The notes below the pieces were generated by a model. The model did no database searches. It had not been told where the DNA came from and saw nothing but the letters and a program-made list of their open reading frames with translations. A stretch of 64,000 bases of DNA from Chiloscyllium plagiosum (Eukaryota): positions 279,504 to 343,503 of the forward strand of contig NW_025215381.1 in the NCBI RefSeq assembly GCF_004010195.1. The letters run 5' to 3'. Position 1 is the first letter of the stretch; every line of letters begins with the position of its first letter. The translations under genes were made by a program, and so were the position numbers. Positions 50,755 to 63,693 of the stretch are shown here, in pieces.

Positions 50755-51205
50755 AGCCATAGAATCCTACAGCATAGAATCATAAAGGAAACAGACTCTT
50801 CGGTCCAACCAGTCAATGCTGAGCATAATCCCAAACTAAACTAGTCCCACCTGCCTGCTCCTGGCCCATATCTGTATAAACCTTTCCTACTCATGTACTT
50901 CTCCCAATGTCTTTTAAAATTTGTAACCGTTCACCATATCCTCTGGAAGGGGGTTCCACACGTGAACACCCCGCCCCAGCACCTTGTAAAACATTTGGCC
51001 CTCATGTCTTTTTTAAATCTCCCTCCTCTCACCTTATAAATGTCTCCCCATAGTCTTGAAATCCCCCATCCTAAGGAAAAAAACAATTGCCATTAACCCT
51101 GTCTGTACCCCTCGTGATCTAATTCGCTTCGATCAGGTCACCTCTCAACCTCCTACACTCCAGTGAACAGAGTCCCAGCCTTTCTTTATAACTCGAACCT
51201 TCCAT
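50755..51205 (-). mobile_element. CR1 3' fragment
   Basis: Reverse-complement CR1 3' UTR and RT end. Confidence 0.75.
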
Positions 51206-51499
51206 GTTGCAAGTATTTAAATGTTCTGTGTCTTGACCAAAGGTGTTACATTTAATCATGCAATTCCCTTTATAAAAACAAAACAACAATCACAATAAAA
51301 TGCTGCATAAAATATTGCATTCTTAGTGGAAACAAGTGAACTCACCTAAGAGAATTTTTTGACTTCGTGCTCAGTATGGACCAATAGTTTGATAGTGTGG
51401 ATGTTATATGGCAAGATGACTGGACACACAATCTATCAATGTTCATTCAAGTCCCTTGAAAATTTTAATTCATATTTAATAAATCTGGAAATGAGAGGA

Positions 51500-52060
51500 C
51501 AGGGTCACTAAAAGTAACCAAGAAGCAAGAGGACTGGAATATAAACCAACATAAATTATGCTGCAGCCGTGCAAAGTCCTGGTGAGACCCCTCTTGGAGT
51601 TCTGTGAGCAGACCTGGGCACCTTTCAAGGGAATTATTGGCCTTAGAGGGAGTACGATGCAGGTTTACAAGAATGGGTTTCAAGTATTATATTATGAGGA
51701 AAAATTATACAAATTAGGCCAGTTTTCCTAGAGGTTAGAAGTTTAAGGGGTGACCCGTCCAAAGTCTTCAAGACATTACCAGGAAAAGACAGGGCAACTA
51801 ATGATGAACTATTTCATCATACAAGTTGGAGATTCTAGAATTAGGGACCGTAGTCTGAGAATTAGGACCAGTCCATCAGGAGAGATGTTGGAAGTACCTT
51901 TAAACACAGAAAGAGTAGTAGAGCTTTGGAACTCTCTTCCGTGAAAGGCAATCAAAAAAAGATCAATTGTTCGTGTTCAATCTGAGATAGATAAATTTTT
52001 GTTTAGCGAAAGTATGAAGGAATATGGGCCAAAAGCAGATGTATAGAGCTCAGACACAGG
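51500..52060 (+). mobile_element. Old CR1 3' fragment
   Basis: LVRPLLEFCEQ-like sequence and RVVELWNSLP. Confidence 0.7.
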
Positions 52061-52077
52061 TCAACTGTGATCTGTGG

Positions 52078-52635
52078 TCCGGTGGCTCAGTGGTTAGCAC
52101 TGCTGCCTCACAGCACCAGGGACCCAGGTTCGATTTGAGCCTCGGGCGACTGTCTGTGTGGAGTTTGCACGTTCTCAGTGTTTGTGTGGCTTTCCCCAGG
52201 TGCTCCAGTTTCTTTAGATTAGATTCCCTACAGTATGGAAACAGGCCCTTTGGCCCAACAAGTCCACACTGACCCTCCAAAGAGCAACCCATTCCCCCAC
52301 CCTATATTTACTCCTGACTAATGCACCTGACACTCTGGGCAATTTAGCATGTCCAATTCACCTGACCTGCACCTTTTGTTTTGATAGTGGGTGGAAACCG
52401 GAGCACCCGGAGGACTCCCACGCAGATACTGGGTTCCTCCCACACACCAAAGGGTTACGTGAATTGGCCATGCTAAATTGCCCATAGTGTTAAGGGATGT
52501 GTAGGTTAGGTACATTAGTCAGGGGTAAATATAGGATAATACGGTAGAGGAATGGATCTGGGTGGGTTACTCTTTGGAGGGTCAGTGTGGACTTGTTGGG
52601 CTGAAATGCTTGTTTCCACATTGTGGGGATTCTAT
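52078..52635. mobile_element. Nested V-SINE cluster (+ SINE interrupted by a - SINE)
   Basis: SINE head (+) 52078-52212, reverse SINE piece 52214-52430, SINE tail (+) 52458-52635. Confidence 0.85.
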
Positions 52636-53414
52636 GATGATATTGATGGCAGGACAGGTTCAAGTGGCTGAATACTCTTGTTCCTTTGAGCAAACTGAAG
52701 TCTTATGAGAAGATGAATTTTCATTTAATTCCTAATTTTCAGTCCAATTGGTCTTGCTGTGCTTTATCTTTACAAACCCAACTGTTACCTTTGCTTACAA
52801 TCTGCTTCAGACATCAATTTCACAGTTGCTTGATTGGCTAGGGGAAATAGTTTGGTACCTCCACAATCTTTTCCCTGCAGACATATCTGAACATTGATGA
52901 GGCTCACCAGAAAGCCAAATGCAACTTCAGTCCTTGTGAGAAATAATGACCTGATGTATTGGTGTGGAGATCGTTGACATATAACTCACAGAATTAAAGA
53001 GTATCCCAAGAAGAAATTTGAATTCCAAAACTGAAGTTGAGCCAAAATCATTATTAAAGTGATATTGAATTTAGCTCCCAGAAGCACAATTATCCAGGAG
53101 TCTTTAAAAATCATTAGTTTCTTTCATACAATGCCGACTTCTGTTGAAGTGTAGAGTGACGTGCACTGACTGAGAGAAAACAAACTGAAAGCTCACTCAG
53201 AAGAAAGGATGGAGTGGTGCATGTTAGCTGCAAATGGTACATTGCTCCATTAAATTAAGAAGAATCAAAAACAAAAAGAAAAAAATAAACAGAATATGGA
53301 AGACTGAGAACAAAGGAGGAGAGGATGACCTTGTTTTTCAATTATTAATTCTGCGACCTAGGTAATGTTCTGAGGACCTGGGTTCAAATCTGTTTTTATT
53401 CTATTTTGGCCAAT

Positions 53415-55770
53415 TAGGATCAGTCAGCATGTCTTAGAGCAGGGAAGGTCAGGTCTTATTAACTTGATTGAATTTTTCAAGGAGGTGTCAAAGGCGATCA
53501 ATGTGGGTAGAGCAGTGGGCGTTTTCTACATCAGATATTGTAAGGCTTTCAACAAGGTCCCTTTGGAATAGAAACTGGCTTTCTGAAAGAAGGCAGCGAG
53601 TGGTGGTTGATGGAAAATATTCAGCCTGGAGTCCGGTTGCTAGTAGTGTGCCACAAGGACCTATTTTGGGACCACTGCTGTTTGTCATTTTTATAAATGA
53701 CTTAGACGCAGGCATAGGTGGATGGGTTAGTAAATTTGCAGACGACACTAAAGTCGGTGGAGTAGTGGACAATGTGGAAGAACGTTACAGGTTGCAGGGG
53801 GACTTGGGTAAACTGCAGAATTAGGCTGAGAGGTGGCAAATGGAGTTCAATGCAGCTAAATGTGAGGTGATGCACATTGGGAAGAATAACAGGAAGGCAG
53901 AGTACTGGGTCAATGGAAAGATTCTTGGTAGTGTGGATGTGCAGAAGAATCTTGGAGTCCATGTATATAGATCCCTGAAAGTTGCCACCCAGGTGGATAG
54001 TGCTATTCAGAAGGCATACACTGTGTTAGGTTTCATTTGTAGAGGGACTGAGTTCCAGAACTGCAATATCATGTGCAACTATACAAAACGCTGGTGCGGC
54101 CACACTTGGAATATTGTGTCCAGTTCTGGTTCCCATATTTCGGGAAGGATGTGGAAGCATTGGAAAAGGTGCAGAGGAGATTTACCATGATGTTTCCTGG
54201 TCTGGAGGGAAGGTCTTATGAGGAAAGGCTGAGAGACTTGGGTCTGTTCTCATTGAAAAGAAGAAGGTTAAGAAGGGATTTGATAGAGACATACAAGATG
54301 ATCAGAGGATTAGATAGGGTAGACATTGAAAGACTTTTCCCTAGGATGATGACGTCAGCTTGTATAAGAGGGCACAACTACAAATTGAAGGGTGATAGAT
54401 TTAAGACAGATGTCAGAGGAAGGTTCTTTACGCAGAGAGTGGTAAGGGTGTGGAATGCCCTACCTGCTAATGTAGTTAACTCAGCCGCATTAGGGAGATT
54501 TAAACAATCCTTGGATAAGCACACGGATGATTTTGGGATAGTGTAGAGGGACGAGCTGAGAATAGTTCACAGGTCGGCGCAACATCGAGGGCTGAAGGGC
54601 TTGTTCTGCGCTGTATTATTCTATGTTCTATGGTAGGCTCATCCAGAAGGTTAAGATATATGGAATCCACAGTGACTTGGCCATGTGAATTCAGAATTGG
54701 TTTGCCCATAAAAGGCAGAGGGTGGTGGTGGAAGAGTGTTTTTCAGGATAGAGGTCTGTGACTAGTAATGTTCCACAGGGATCCATATTAAGCCCTCTTG
54801 ATGTTTGTGATCTATGTAAATGGTTTGGATAAACATGTAGATGGCTAGGTTAGGAAGTTTACAAATGATACAAAGATTGGTGGAGTTATGGGCAGTGTAG
54901 AAGGTTGTCAAAGGAAATAGCAGGATATATCAGTCTCAAGTATGGGTGGTGAAGTGGCAGGTGGAGTTTAATCTCTAAGTGTGAGTTACTGCACTTTGAG
55001 AGATTAAATGTTAAAGGAAAGTATATGTTAATAGCAGAAGCCTGAACAGCATTGATGTACAAAGGGATCAGGTTCAAGTCCATAGCTCCTGAAAGTGGCC
55101 ACTCAAATAGATGGAATGGTAAAGAAGGAATATGGCATGCTTGTCTTTATTGGTTGAGGAATTTAGTGCAAGAATCAGGATGCATTTGAAGATTTTTAAG
55201 ACTTTGGTTAGACCACACTTCGATTATTGGGTTCAGTTGTGGTTGCCATATTACCGGAAGGATGTGGAAGCTTGGGAGACAGTGCAGGAAAGGTTTACCA
55301 GGATGCTGCCTGGATTGGAGGCTATGAGCTAAAAGGGGAAGAGAGAAAAAGTCAGGTTGTTTTCTCTGGAGCCGTGGAGGCTGAGGGGAGACTTGATGAA
55401 AGTCTATAAAATTCTGAGATGTATAAATAGGGTTGACAGAATCTTTTTCCCAGAGTTGAAACATCTAAATCTAACAATTAGAGGGCATGCATTTAAGGTA
55501 AGAGGAGGAAAATTCAAAGGAGATGTGAGGGACAAAGTTTTTACACAGAGAGTAGTAGGAATCTGGATTGTGATGCCAGGGGCAGTGATGGAGGCAGATA
55601 TGATAGGGTCGTTTAAGGGATATTTGATAAGCACATATCACTGCATTTATTGCATATCTATGTACATTGGGCAAGCAGAAGGGACTAGTTTAATTTCTAT
55701 TGTGTTTGGCACAATGTCATGGGCCGAAGGGCCTATTTCTATGATGTACTGTTCTATGTTCTATTCTGTT
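53415..55770 (+). mobile_element. Two nested CR1 RT fragments
   Basis: SVPQGPILGPLLFVIFINDL...[11 protein letters not shown] with a tail ending at ~54631, after which an older copy continues to ~55770. Confidence 0.9.
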
Positions 55771-56191
55771 TTTGTTTCAGATCTCCATCTGCCATGTTCT
55801 TATCTGTCTAAATCCTTCTGAAAATATTTTCAATTTGCCTCACGTATCACATTCCCACTGATCTGCAGATTTAGAAATGTTACATTTGCACTCCATCTCC
55901 GATTCATTGACATACATTGTGAACAGCTGAGGGCTAAGTACTGATCCTTGTGGTACCCATCAGTTACAGCCTGACAATATGAGAATGGCCCATTTATTGC
56001 TCTGCTGTTATCTGTTTGTTAGCCAGTACTTAATCCATGGCAGGACATTATGTCCATCCTGTGTGCTTTAATTTGGCTAGTCAGCCATCTGTGGGGGAAC
56101 AAAGCAAAACTCATTGGAAACTCCAAGAATAGTGCTTCCATGAACCCCCATTCAGCAACATTGTTTGTAGCATTCTCAAAAGCATCCAATA

Positions 56192-56478
56192 AGGGCAGGA
56201 CAGTGCTTCGGTGGTTAGCACTGCTGCCTTACAGTACCAGAGACCCAGGTTCAATTCCAGCCTTGGGTGACTGTCTGTGTGGAGTTTGCACATTCATCCT
56301 GTGTCTGCGTGGGTTTGCTTTGGTTTCCTCCCACTGTCCAAAGATGTGGTGGATCGGCTGTGCAGTTGAGGTGGATTAGCTGTGGGAAGTGTAAGGGCAC
56401 AGTGTGGGATGCTCTTCAGAGTGTCACTGTGGACTCTATGGGCTGAATGGACTGCTCCCGCACGGCAGGGATTTATTC
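56192..56478 (+). mobile_element. V-SINE, older
   Basis: tRNA head and V-domain. Confidence 0.85.
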
Positions 56479-57239
56479 TAAGTTTGTGAAATGTATTTTG
56501 CTTTTTGCAAATCAATGCTGATGATATCCAACAACATCATTCTCATCCAAGTGTTCACTTATCACATCTTTTCTAATCAATTCTAGTATTTTCTTTATTG
56601 TCAATGTGAGGCTGAATGTCAATGTCAATGTGTGCACGGCTTATAGAGAATGGTAATCCTGAAGATTTATCAATCCTGAGGATATGTCAGCCCCAGTAAT
56701 TATTCCACTCTACCCTCTTAATACAAATTTCCTTCAACTCCTCATTCACTCTCTTAGATCGTTAATTCTGGGGATTTCTTGAATCCTTATCAGTGAAAAC
56801 AGACACTGAGTAACCATTTACCTTCTCTATTTCCCAAGATAACTTCATTCGGGGGTAAGGCAATAGAAACACAATTTTTTTTAGTACAGAAGTCTTTGTA
56901 CCAGCTCCCAAAAAAGCTATCCAGCTAGTCCCACTCTCCAGTGCTATCTCTGTAGCCCTCAAAATTCATCACCATATGTCCTGCTCTCTAAGCTGTGCAC
57001 ATGTGCACTCTCTCTGATATTCCACACTTGTTAATCATCATCAGCACACTGAAAGCAATATTGACGTCTAGTTCCAGAGGTCGCTGCCACACAGAGGCCC
57101 ATACAGCAGTAGGAAAATTGATGAAAGACTTTGATAGTATTCATTCCAGATTGTTGAAGAAAGTGGCGATAGAGGTAATTGATGCATTGTTGATCATCTC
57201 AGAAAATGCGATAGATTCTAAAATAATTCCTTCTGGAAG

Positions 57240-57915
57240 CTAGCATCCAGGGACCCGGGTTCGATTCCGACCTTGGGCGACTGTCTGTGTGGAGTTTGCA
57301 TATTCTCTTCATGTCTGTGTGGGTTTCCTCCCACAATCCAAAGATGTGCAGGTGAGAGTGAATTTGCCCATAGTGTTCAGGGATGTGTAGGTTAGGTGCA
57401 TTAGTCAGGGGTAATATCGGATAACAGGGTAGAGGGGTGGATTACTCTTCGGAGGGCCGGTGTGGACTTGTTGGACCAAAAGGCCTGTTTCCACACTGCA
57501 GGGATTCTATTCTATTCTATTCCCAACTCTTTGCTGACAAACTTGAAATTGTGACCCCTAGTCACTGACATACAGAATATCTTTCTTTGCCCTCATAGAA
57601 TCCCTACAGTGTAGAAACAATCCATTTGGCCCATTGAATCCAGACTGGCCCTCCAAAGAACATCCACCCTACCCTATCACCGTGCATTTCCCAAGGCCAA
57701 TCCACATAGCCTGCCCATCCTGGATACTATGTGACAATTTAGTAAGGTTAATACACCTGTCCTGCACATCTTTGGCCTGTGGGAGGAAACCAAAGCACTC
57801 GGAGGAAACCCACGCAGACACAGGGAGAATGTGCAAACTCCACACAGACAGTAACCTGAAGTGGGGATCAAACCTGGGTGCTGTGAGGCAGCAGTGCTAA
57901 CTACTGAGCCTCCGT
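57240..57915. mobile_element. Tail-to-tail pair of V-SINEs (+ 57240-57521, - 57596-57915)
   Basis: Both match the SINE consensus in opposite orientations. Confidence 0.88.
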
Positions 57916-58345
57916 TTCCCTCCCGATTTCTGAATTTGTATGCTTCAAACAGAATAAACCAAATTTTCTGTCATCTTTCTTTTTTTAGATTACTTTACTT
58001 TAGATTACTTTACAGTGTGGAAACAGGCCCTTCGGCCCAACAAGTCGTTTCCCTCCCGATTTCTGAATTTGTATGCTTCAAACAGAATAAACCAAATTTT
58101 CTGTCATCTTTCCTTGCATCTAAAATCCCTCATTTCTGATATCATCCTTGTATATCCCTTTGCACTCTCTCCAGGGCTTAATACCTTCCTTAAATAAACA
58201 CCTTTCATAGTGATTTCACAGTCAGCCCAACATTTACCTGAGACGAATGGTATTCGGATCAATGGAGATGAGGGGTGATCTCACTGTGGGCTTAAAATGC
58301 TCTAAAGATTTGGGGAGGTTTCTTATTGTGAGTACCCTGTTCAAT

Positions 58346-58545
58346 ACAATCCAACGATGTGCAGGTTAGGTGAATGGGACAGCTAAGTTGGCTATAGTGT
58401 TCAGAGATATGTAGGTTAGGTGCATTAGTCAGGAGTAAATATTGGATAATAGGGTAGGGAAATGGGTCTTGATGGTTACTCTTCGGAGGGTCAGTGTGGG
58501 ATTTGTTGGGCTGAAGGCCCTGTTTCCACACTGTAGGGATTCTAT
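58346..58545 (+). mobile_element. V-SINE 3' half
   Basis: Matches the SINE from the end of the V-domain to the tail. Confidence 0.85.
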
Positions 58546-59295
58546 GATATAAGGTGCCCAGAACTTTACACAGTACTAGTCTGAACAAGGAATTGTAGGA
58601 GTATCATATCACTTACTTGCTTTTATACTTTATCCATCTGTTTACAAACCTGAGGATCATATAAGCCTTTGCACAACTGCTTCAGCTTGCCTGACCTGCC
58701 TGATTTAGTCCAGAGCTGAGGAATAAATTGTGTTTTTTCTTTGTTGTCAGTTTAAATGGCATGAGAAAAAGCATTTTTGACAAACTGTTGCATCAAAGGT
58801 TCCTACACAGAACCAGAGTCCATGAGCCCCTGGGTAAGAGATGAGCATGAATGGAGAGTTGACTCACAACAAGAAACCTCCCCAAATCTTCAGATCATTT
58901 TAAGCCCACAGTGAGATCGTCACTCATCTCTGTTGATCAGAATACCATTCATCTCAGGTATATGTTGGGATGATTCCTATTCAATCACTATGAAAGGAGC
59001 TTAAACCCAGTTCATCCCCATGTTTGCTCACTCCAGTTGTAATAGCCCATTGAGTTTCTCATTTTGGAGCTTGAAGGAATATAATCCCAATCATTAGATG
59101 GTCACTCAATAGTTCCCAGGAAACTCTTTCTAATGAAGTCAGAGAGCCATCATCAAGAGTCTTGGATCGAATCTGTTTGTTTCAGTGACTCTAGTTACTG
59201 CAAAAGATCAAAACAAAATTTAATTGCCTCCCTGGAGACTGAGCTCAGATATAAATATCTCAAGCATTCAATGCACTGCAGAGTGTCTGATAGAA

Positions 59296-62200
59296 ATGCA
59301 TGGAACTCCGAAAGGTCTGGTATTTGCATTCTATTACCCTATCCTTGCAGTAGTCGGTGTTCCAGGTGAGGTATTGCAGTCAATTCCTAGCTTTGGAAAG
59401 CAATGTTTAAATGCCTTATTGCTCCTGTGTGCCGATATTGTCACTCATTTTAGATGTGTCATGTTACTCCCCACTCTTTTAGGATGGTCATGTTTTTCCC
59501 TTGAACATCTCTCCCTGTCAAACTACACTGTACCCTATTATTGAATTCTTTGTTTTAGTGGCAGTACCTCTCTGCATCAATGATATAACTTCTCTCATTT
59601 AATGGTACAGAATTTTGTTCTCTTAGAATTTGATTTAATGCCTGTAATGACATCATGTGTGGCTAAAATTTCTGCACAGTCATCACATTAGAATTGAAAT
59701 GTTAACTCTGTTTCTCTCTTTACAAAGGCTGCCAGATCTGTAGAGATTCACCAGCACCTTCAGATTCAATTGGAACTCTTATTTTATCAGTGGAATATCT
59801 CTGCTCTTTAACCACACAGATATTTTACAATCGATGGAACATTCCATTTGCTCCTTTGAATGCAGACTGTTAGCAGTCTTCCCAGTGACAGTTTGGTGGA
59901 TTGAAGAGTGCAGCTGTAGAATTGCCAACCTCAAAGAGTGGAAGCCCTCATACTTTTATCAATGTATTACTTATTACAGGTTACTAAGCTCAGCTGGAGT
60001 GTTGTGTACTATTTTTGGGCTCCATACTATAGAAAGGGTGTGACTGCACTGGAGAGAGTGTGGAAGTGATTTACAAGAATGGTTCCAAAGATAAGAAACA
60101 TCAGTGATGAGGATAGATTGAAGAAAGATAGATTGGGTGGCACAGTGGTTAGCACTGCTGCCTCACAGCGCCAGAGACCCGGGTTCAATTCCCGACTCAG
60201 GCAACTGTCTGTGTGGAGTTTGCACATTCTCCCCGTGTCTGCGTGGGTTTCCTCCGGGTGCTCCGGTTTCCTCCCACAGTCCAAAAATGTGCAGATTCGA
60301 TGAATTGGCCATGCTAAATTGCCCATAGTGTTAGGTGAAGGGGTAAATGTAGGGGAATGGGTCTGGGTGGGTTGCTCTTCGGTGGGTTGGTGTGGACTTG
60401 TTGGACAGAAGGGCCTGTTTCCACACTGTAAGTAATCTAATCTTAAAAAAAATTGGGACTATTTTCATTGGAGAGGAGATGTCTGAAGGGAGGTTCGGTA
60501 TATGTTTTCATAATAATGTAGGATCTGGATAACGTAGTTATGGAGAAACTATTTCTGCTCATTAAATGAAGCAGGTTTGAAGATATTAGCAAATAAATTA
60601 GGGGCACCATGAGACAAAATGTTTACTCACAGTGAGGAATTAGGGTCTGGAATACATATTTTGGAAATGTGGTGGAGGCAGGTTCAATTGAAATATTCAA
60701 GAGGCACTTGGTGTTTATTTAATTGGAAAGGGTGTACAAGGAAGCATCATGAGTTTGAAGTCAAAATTTTCAGAGAGCTAGAGTAGACATGATGGGCCAA
60801 ATGGCCTCCTCCTGTGTCATAACAATGCTGTGATTCTGTGAAATGGAATGTGATCCCTGATTGCTCAAAGAAACAAATGGGGAAAAGTTGTTCAAGAAGT
60901 TAAACTTGAAGAATTACCTCAAAGGCTGAAAAGAAGAGATGGAAGGGCAGTGAAAAGTCCAGGGGCTACTAAGGGGTAGATGAAATGTTGGAGGGGAGAG
61001 CATCCAAGATTGATGAGAATGACTGAGAACTGCTTTTCATTCTGTCCTTCTCACCATATTGGGGGTGTCCACAAAGGCTTCTGGCTCTCCACCTGAGCTT
61101 TCAGTTGAGTTAAAGAGGATGCCAGTCCTGATCCTGCCCAAACAGTCAGGCTGAGCTTTAGCGGATGGACTGTTCTTTGAGTGGGAATCCATTGTCTTGT
61201 CAGTTCAGAAGGATATGGAATATCTCTCGCAGCAACAGGATGAACACTTGAGAATCCCCAATTGCGCCCTCTCAATATTCCCAATGAAAATTCAGGAAGC
61301 TTCTCTCTTGCACAATTCAGGAAACTATTCTACATAATAGTGTGCAATGAGGCAGTAATTTAGGGGATTGATCTAAAAATTCATTCATGGCATGTGGGTG
61401 TTACTAGCGAGGTCAGGAGATATTGCCCATCCCTATTTGCTCTAGAGAAGGTGGTGGTGATGTTGCACAATCTTTTTTTAAAATCAATTATTTACTCCTC
61501 AATTTATTTCTTGCAGTAAGTTAACAAGTCCTGATTGATTCAGTCTCTGCCTTGTTTCTCTGCTCAGTTCTGTTTTCTTTTGGACATCCACATGGATGAA
61601 GGAAGTGATGTTGAAAAGTTGTGATGTTGAAATCAAGGGCCAAACCTGTAAACTTCACTGAGAATTTGGATAAAGTAATAGTTTGCAGGGAATTGGGTCC
61701 ATAATTCTCCTTTTCTAAAATGGGCTGCCAATCACTCCTCTACCCTTTTCTCTCTTACAGCTAACTTGGTAGTGATTTTCATCCTGTCGCGAGGAAGGTG
61801 TGGTCTTTCCAGATGTATCACTTACTATCTTGTGTCCATGGCCGTGACAGATCTCCTGGTTATTATCACAGCTGTAATATTAAACCGGATTGTTGGGATT
61901 TATTTCCCATCCAGTTTCTTGTTCATCACCCCGATCTGTAGCTTTAACTTTGTGTTAATTTATGGGATCAGGGACTGTTCGGTCTGGGTAACTGTGGTAT
62001 TCACCTTTGACCGGTTTGTAGCCATTTGTTGCCAGAAACTGAAAAATAAATACTGCACCGTGAAAACAGCAACAGTGGTGATAGGAATAGTTTGCAGTGT
62101 GAGTTCTGTCAAAAATGCTTTCTGGTATTTCATATATGAGCCCATGTATACAGTAAAAAATATACCGTGGTTCTGTACAATCAAGTCAACATTTTATACT

Positions 62201-62677
62201 TCACCTGCTTGGGCTGCCTTTGACTGGATTCACCGCATTTCAACTCCATGTCTCTCATTCATTTTGATTCTACTGTTCAATGCTTTGACTGCCCGTGACA
62301 TCTTCACTGCAATAAGGATCCGCAGAAGACTCCAGGTCCGCAGCCACCTTGAGAATCAGGGTGACCCAGAGACTGAGAGCCGGACGCGATCGATCATTTT
62401 GCTCTTCTTCATCTCAGGCAGCCTTATCCTCTTGTGGTTGTTGTTCCTTTTAACATTCCTCTATGTTCGAATAGCAAAACTCAGTTATTTCTCAGGTTCC
62501 AATTATGCAGAATCTAATTTCATTCTGGAGGAGAGTGGATTCATGTTGCAGCTACTGAGCTCCTGCATTAACCCATTTATTTATGCTGGAACACAGAACA
62601 AATTCAGGGATGAGTTAAAGAATGGGATGAAATATCCATTGACACTAGGTTCTAAACTATGTAACTTTTGCAAATAG
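59296..62677 (+). CDS. Class A GPCR, GPR139/GPR142-like; two coding exons (59296-59365, 61761-62677), 328 aa
   Basis: Exon 1 MHGTPKGLVFAFYYPILAVVGVP ends CCAG|GTGAG. A polypyrimidine acceptor TTACAG| lies at 61760, and the phase-1 join gives GVPAN (TM1). Further motifs are MAVTD (TM2), FDRF (TM3) and NPFIY (TM7). The frame is open to TAG. Confidence 0.92.
59985..60840 (+). mobile_element. Old CR1 3' fragment in the GPCR intron
   Basis: FWAPYYRKGVTALERV...EDRLKK; split by a SINE. Confidence 0.75.
60135..60443 (+). mobile_element. HE1-like V-SINE in the GPCR intron
   Basis: Full SINE with a TAATC tail. Confidence 0.93.
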
Positions 62678-62796
62678 ATCACAGCTTCTCAATCAGTTCT
62701 TTTTGTGTCTTGTCAATTCATTTTCACGTTCAAAAGTTTTAGTAATAATTTCAGCATAGTCAACTAGTCTCTCAGAATCTTGATTAAGGAGGTTTT

Positions 62797-63693
62797 ACTG
62801 GGGTGGACAAAGTTAAAAAAAATCACACAATACCAGGTGATAGTCCAACAGGTTTGTTTGGAAGTACTAGCTTTCAGAGCATTGCTCCTTCATCAGGTAG
62901 CTAGTGGGGGAGAATCGTAGGACACAGAAGTTATAGTAAAAGATCAATGCGTCATATAACTGATGCAATGTATTGAACAAACTTAAATTACTGTTCAGTC
63001 TTTAATCACTGAGAATGGGTTGTAGGTTTCGATTCATTAATATGTAAATCCCAGAACTTCTTTCAAGTCACTTTCCCAAAGTAACATAAGATTTTATGAA
63101 ATCAAATTTGACACCTCAGTTCAGACAATGCATTAAAGGTGTGAAGCTAGAGCCTGTCTGTTTTCCAACCTTGAATCAGACTGGTTCCGTTTCCAAAGGA
63201 GGAATTTATAAAATGTCACATGGACTGACTGCCAGCTTTTTGAACAAAACAGAATGTATCTGCAAGCACAAATTTGAAAATGCAAATTCACCCCATAGAC
63301 TTATATTCATGTGTGTGCGTGTGTCTGTGTCTGTGTCTGTCTCTGACAGCATGTGTATGGGAGGGTCTGCATGAGTGTGATCGTGTGTAAGAGGGTGTGT
63401 GTAAGGGTCTATCGTGTAGTGGGGTCACCTGTAGCACGACATGAACCCAAGATCCTGGTTGAGGCCATCCACATGGATACCGAACTTGGCTATCAGCCTC
63501 TGCTTGGCGACTCAGCATTGTTGCATATCCCGATGTCTGCCTTGGAGGATGGTCACCCATTCAAGGCAGCCGTGTTCTCTGAGTGGGAGGGAACATCCCT
63601 ATCTGGCAATTGTTGCACGGTGTCCATTCATCGGTTGTCGTAGCGTCTGCATGGTCTCACCATTAAACTGTGCCTTGGGACATCCCTGTCTGC
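62797..63693 (-). mobile_element. Penelope-like element 3' fragment (GIY-YIG endonuclease remnant + terminal region)
   Basis: Minus translation RQGCPKAQFNGETMQTLRQPMNGHR...QRLIAKFGIHVDGLNQDLG, followed by a terminal region carrying a hammerhead motif. Confidence 0.85.
62865..62899 (-). ncRNA. Minimal type I hammerhead ribozyme motif (Penelope-associated)
   Basis: TAC-CTGATGA-A-GGAGC-AAT-GCTCT-GAAAGCTA-GTA. It has the conserved core, stem II, a palindromic AGCT in place of stem III, and a 3-bp stem I. Confidence 0.75.
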
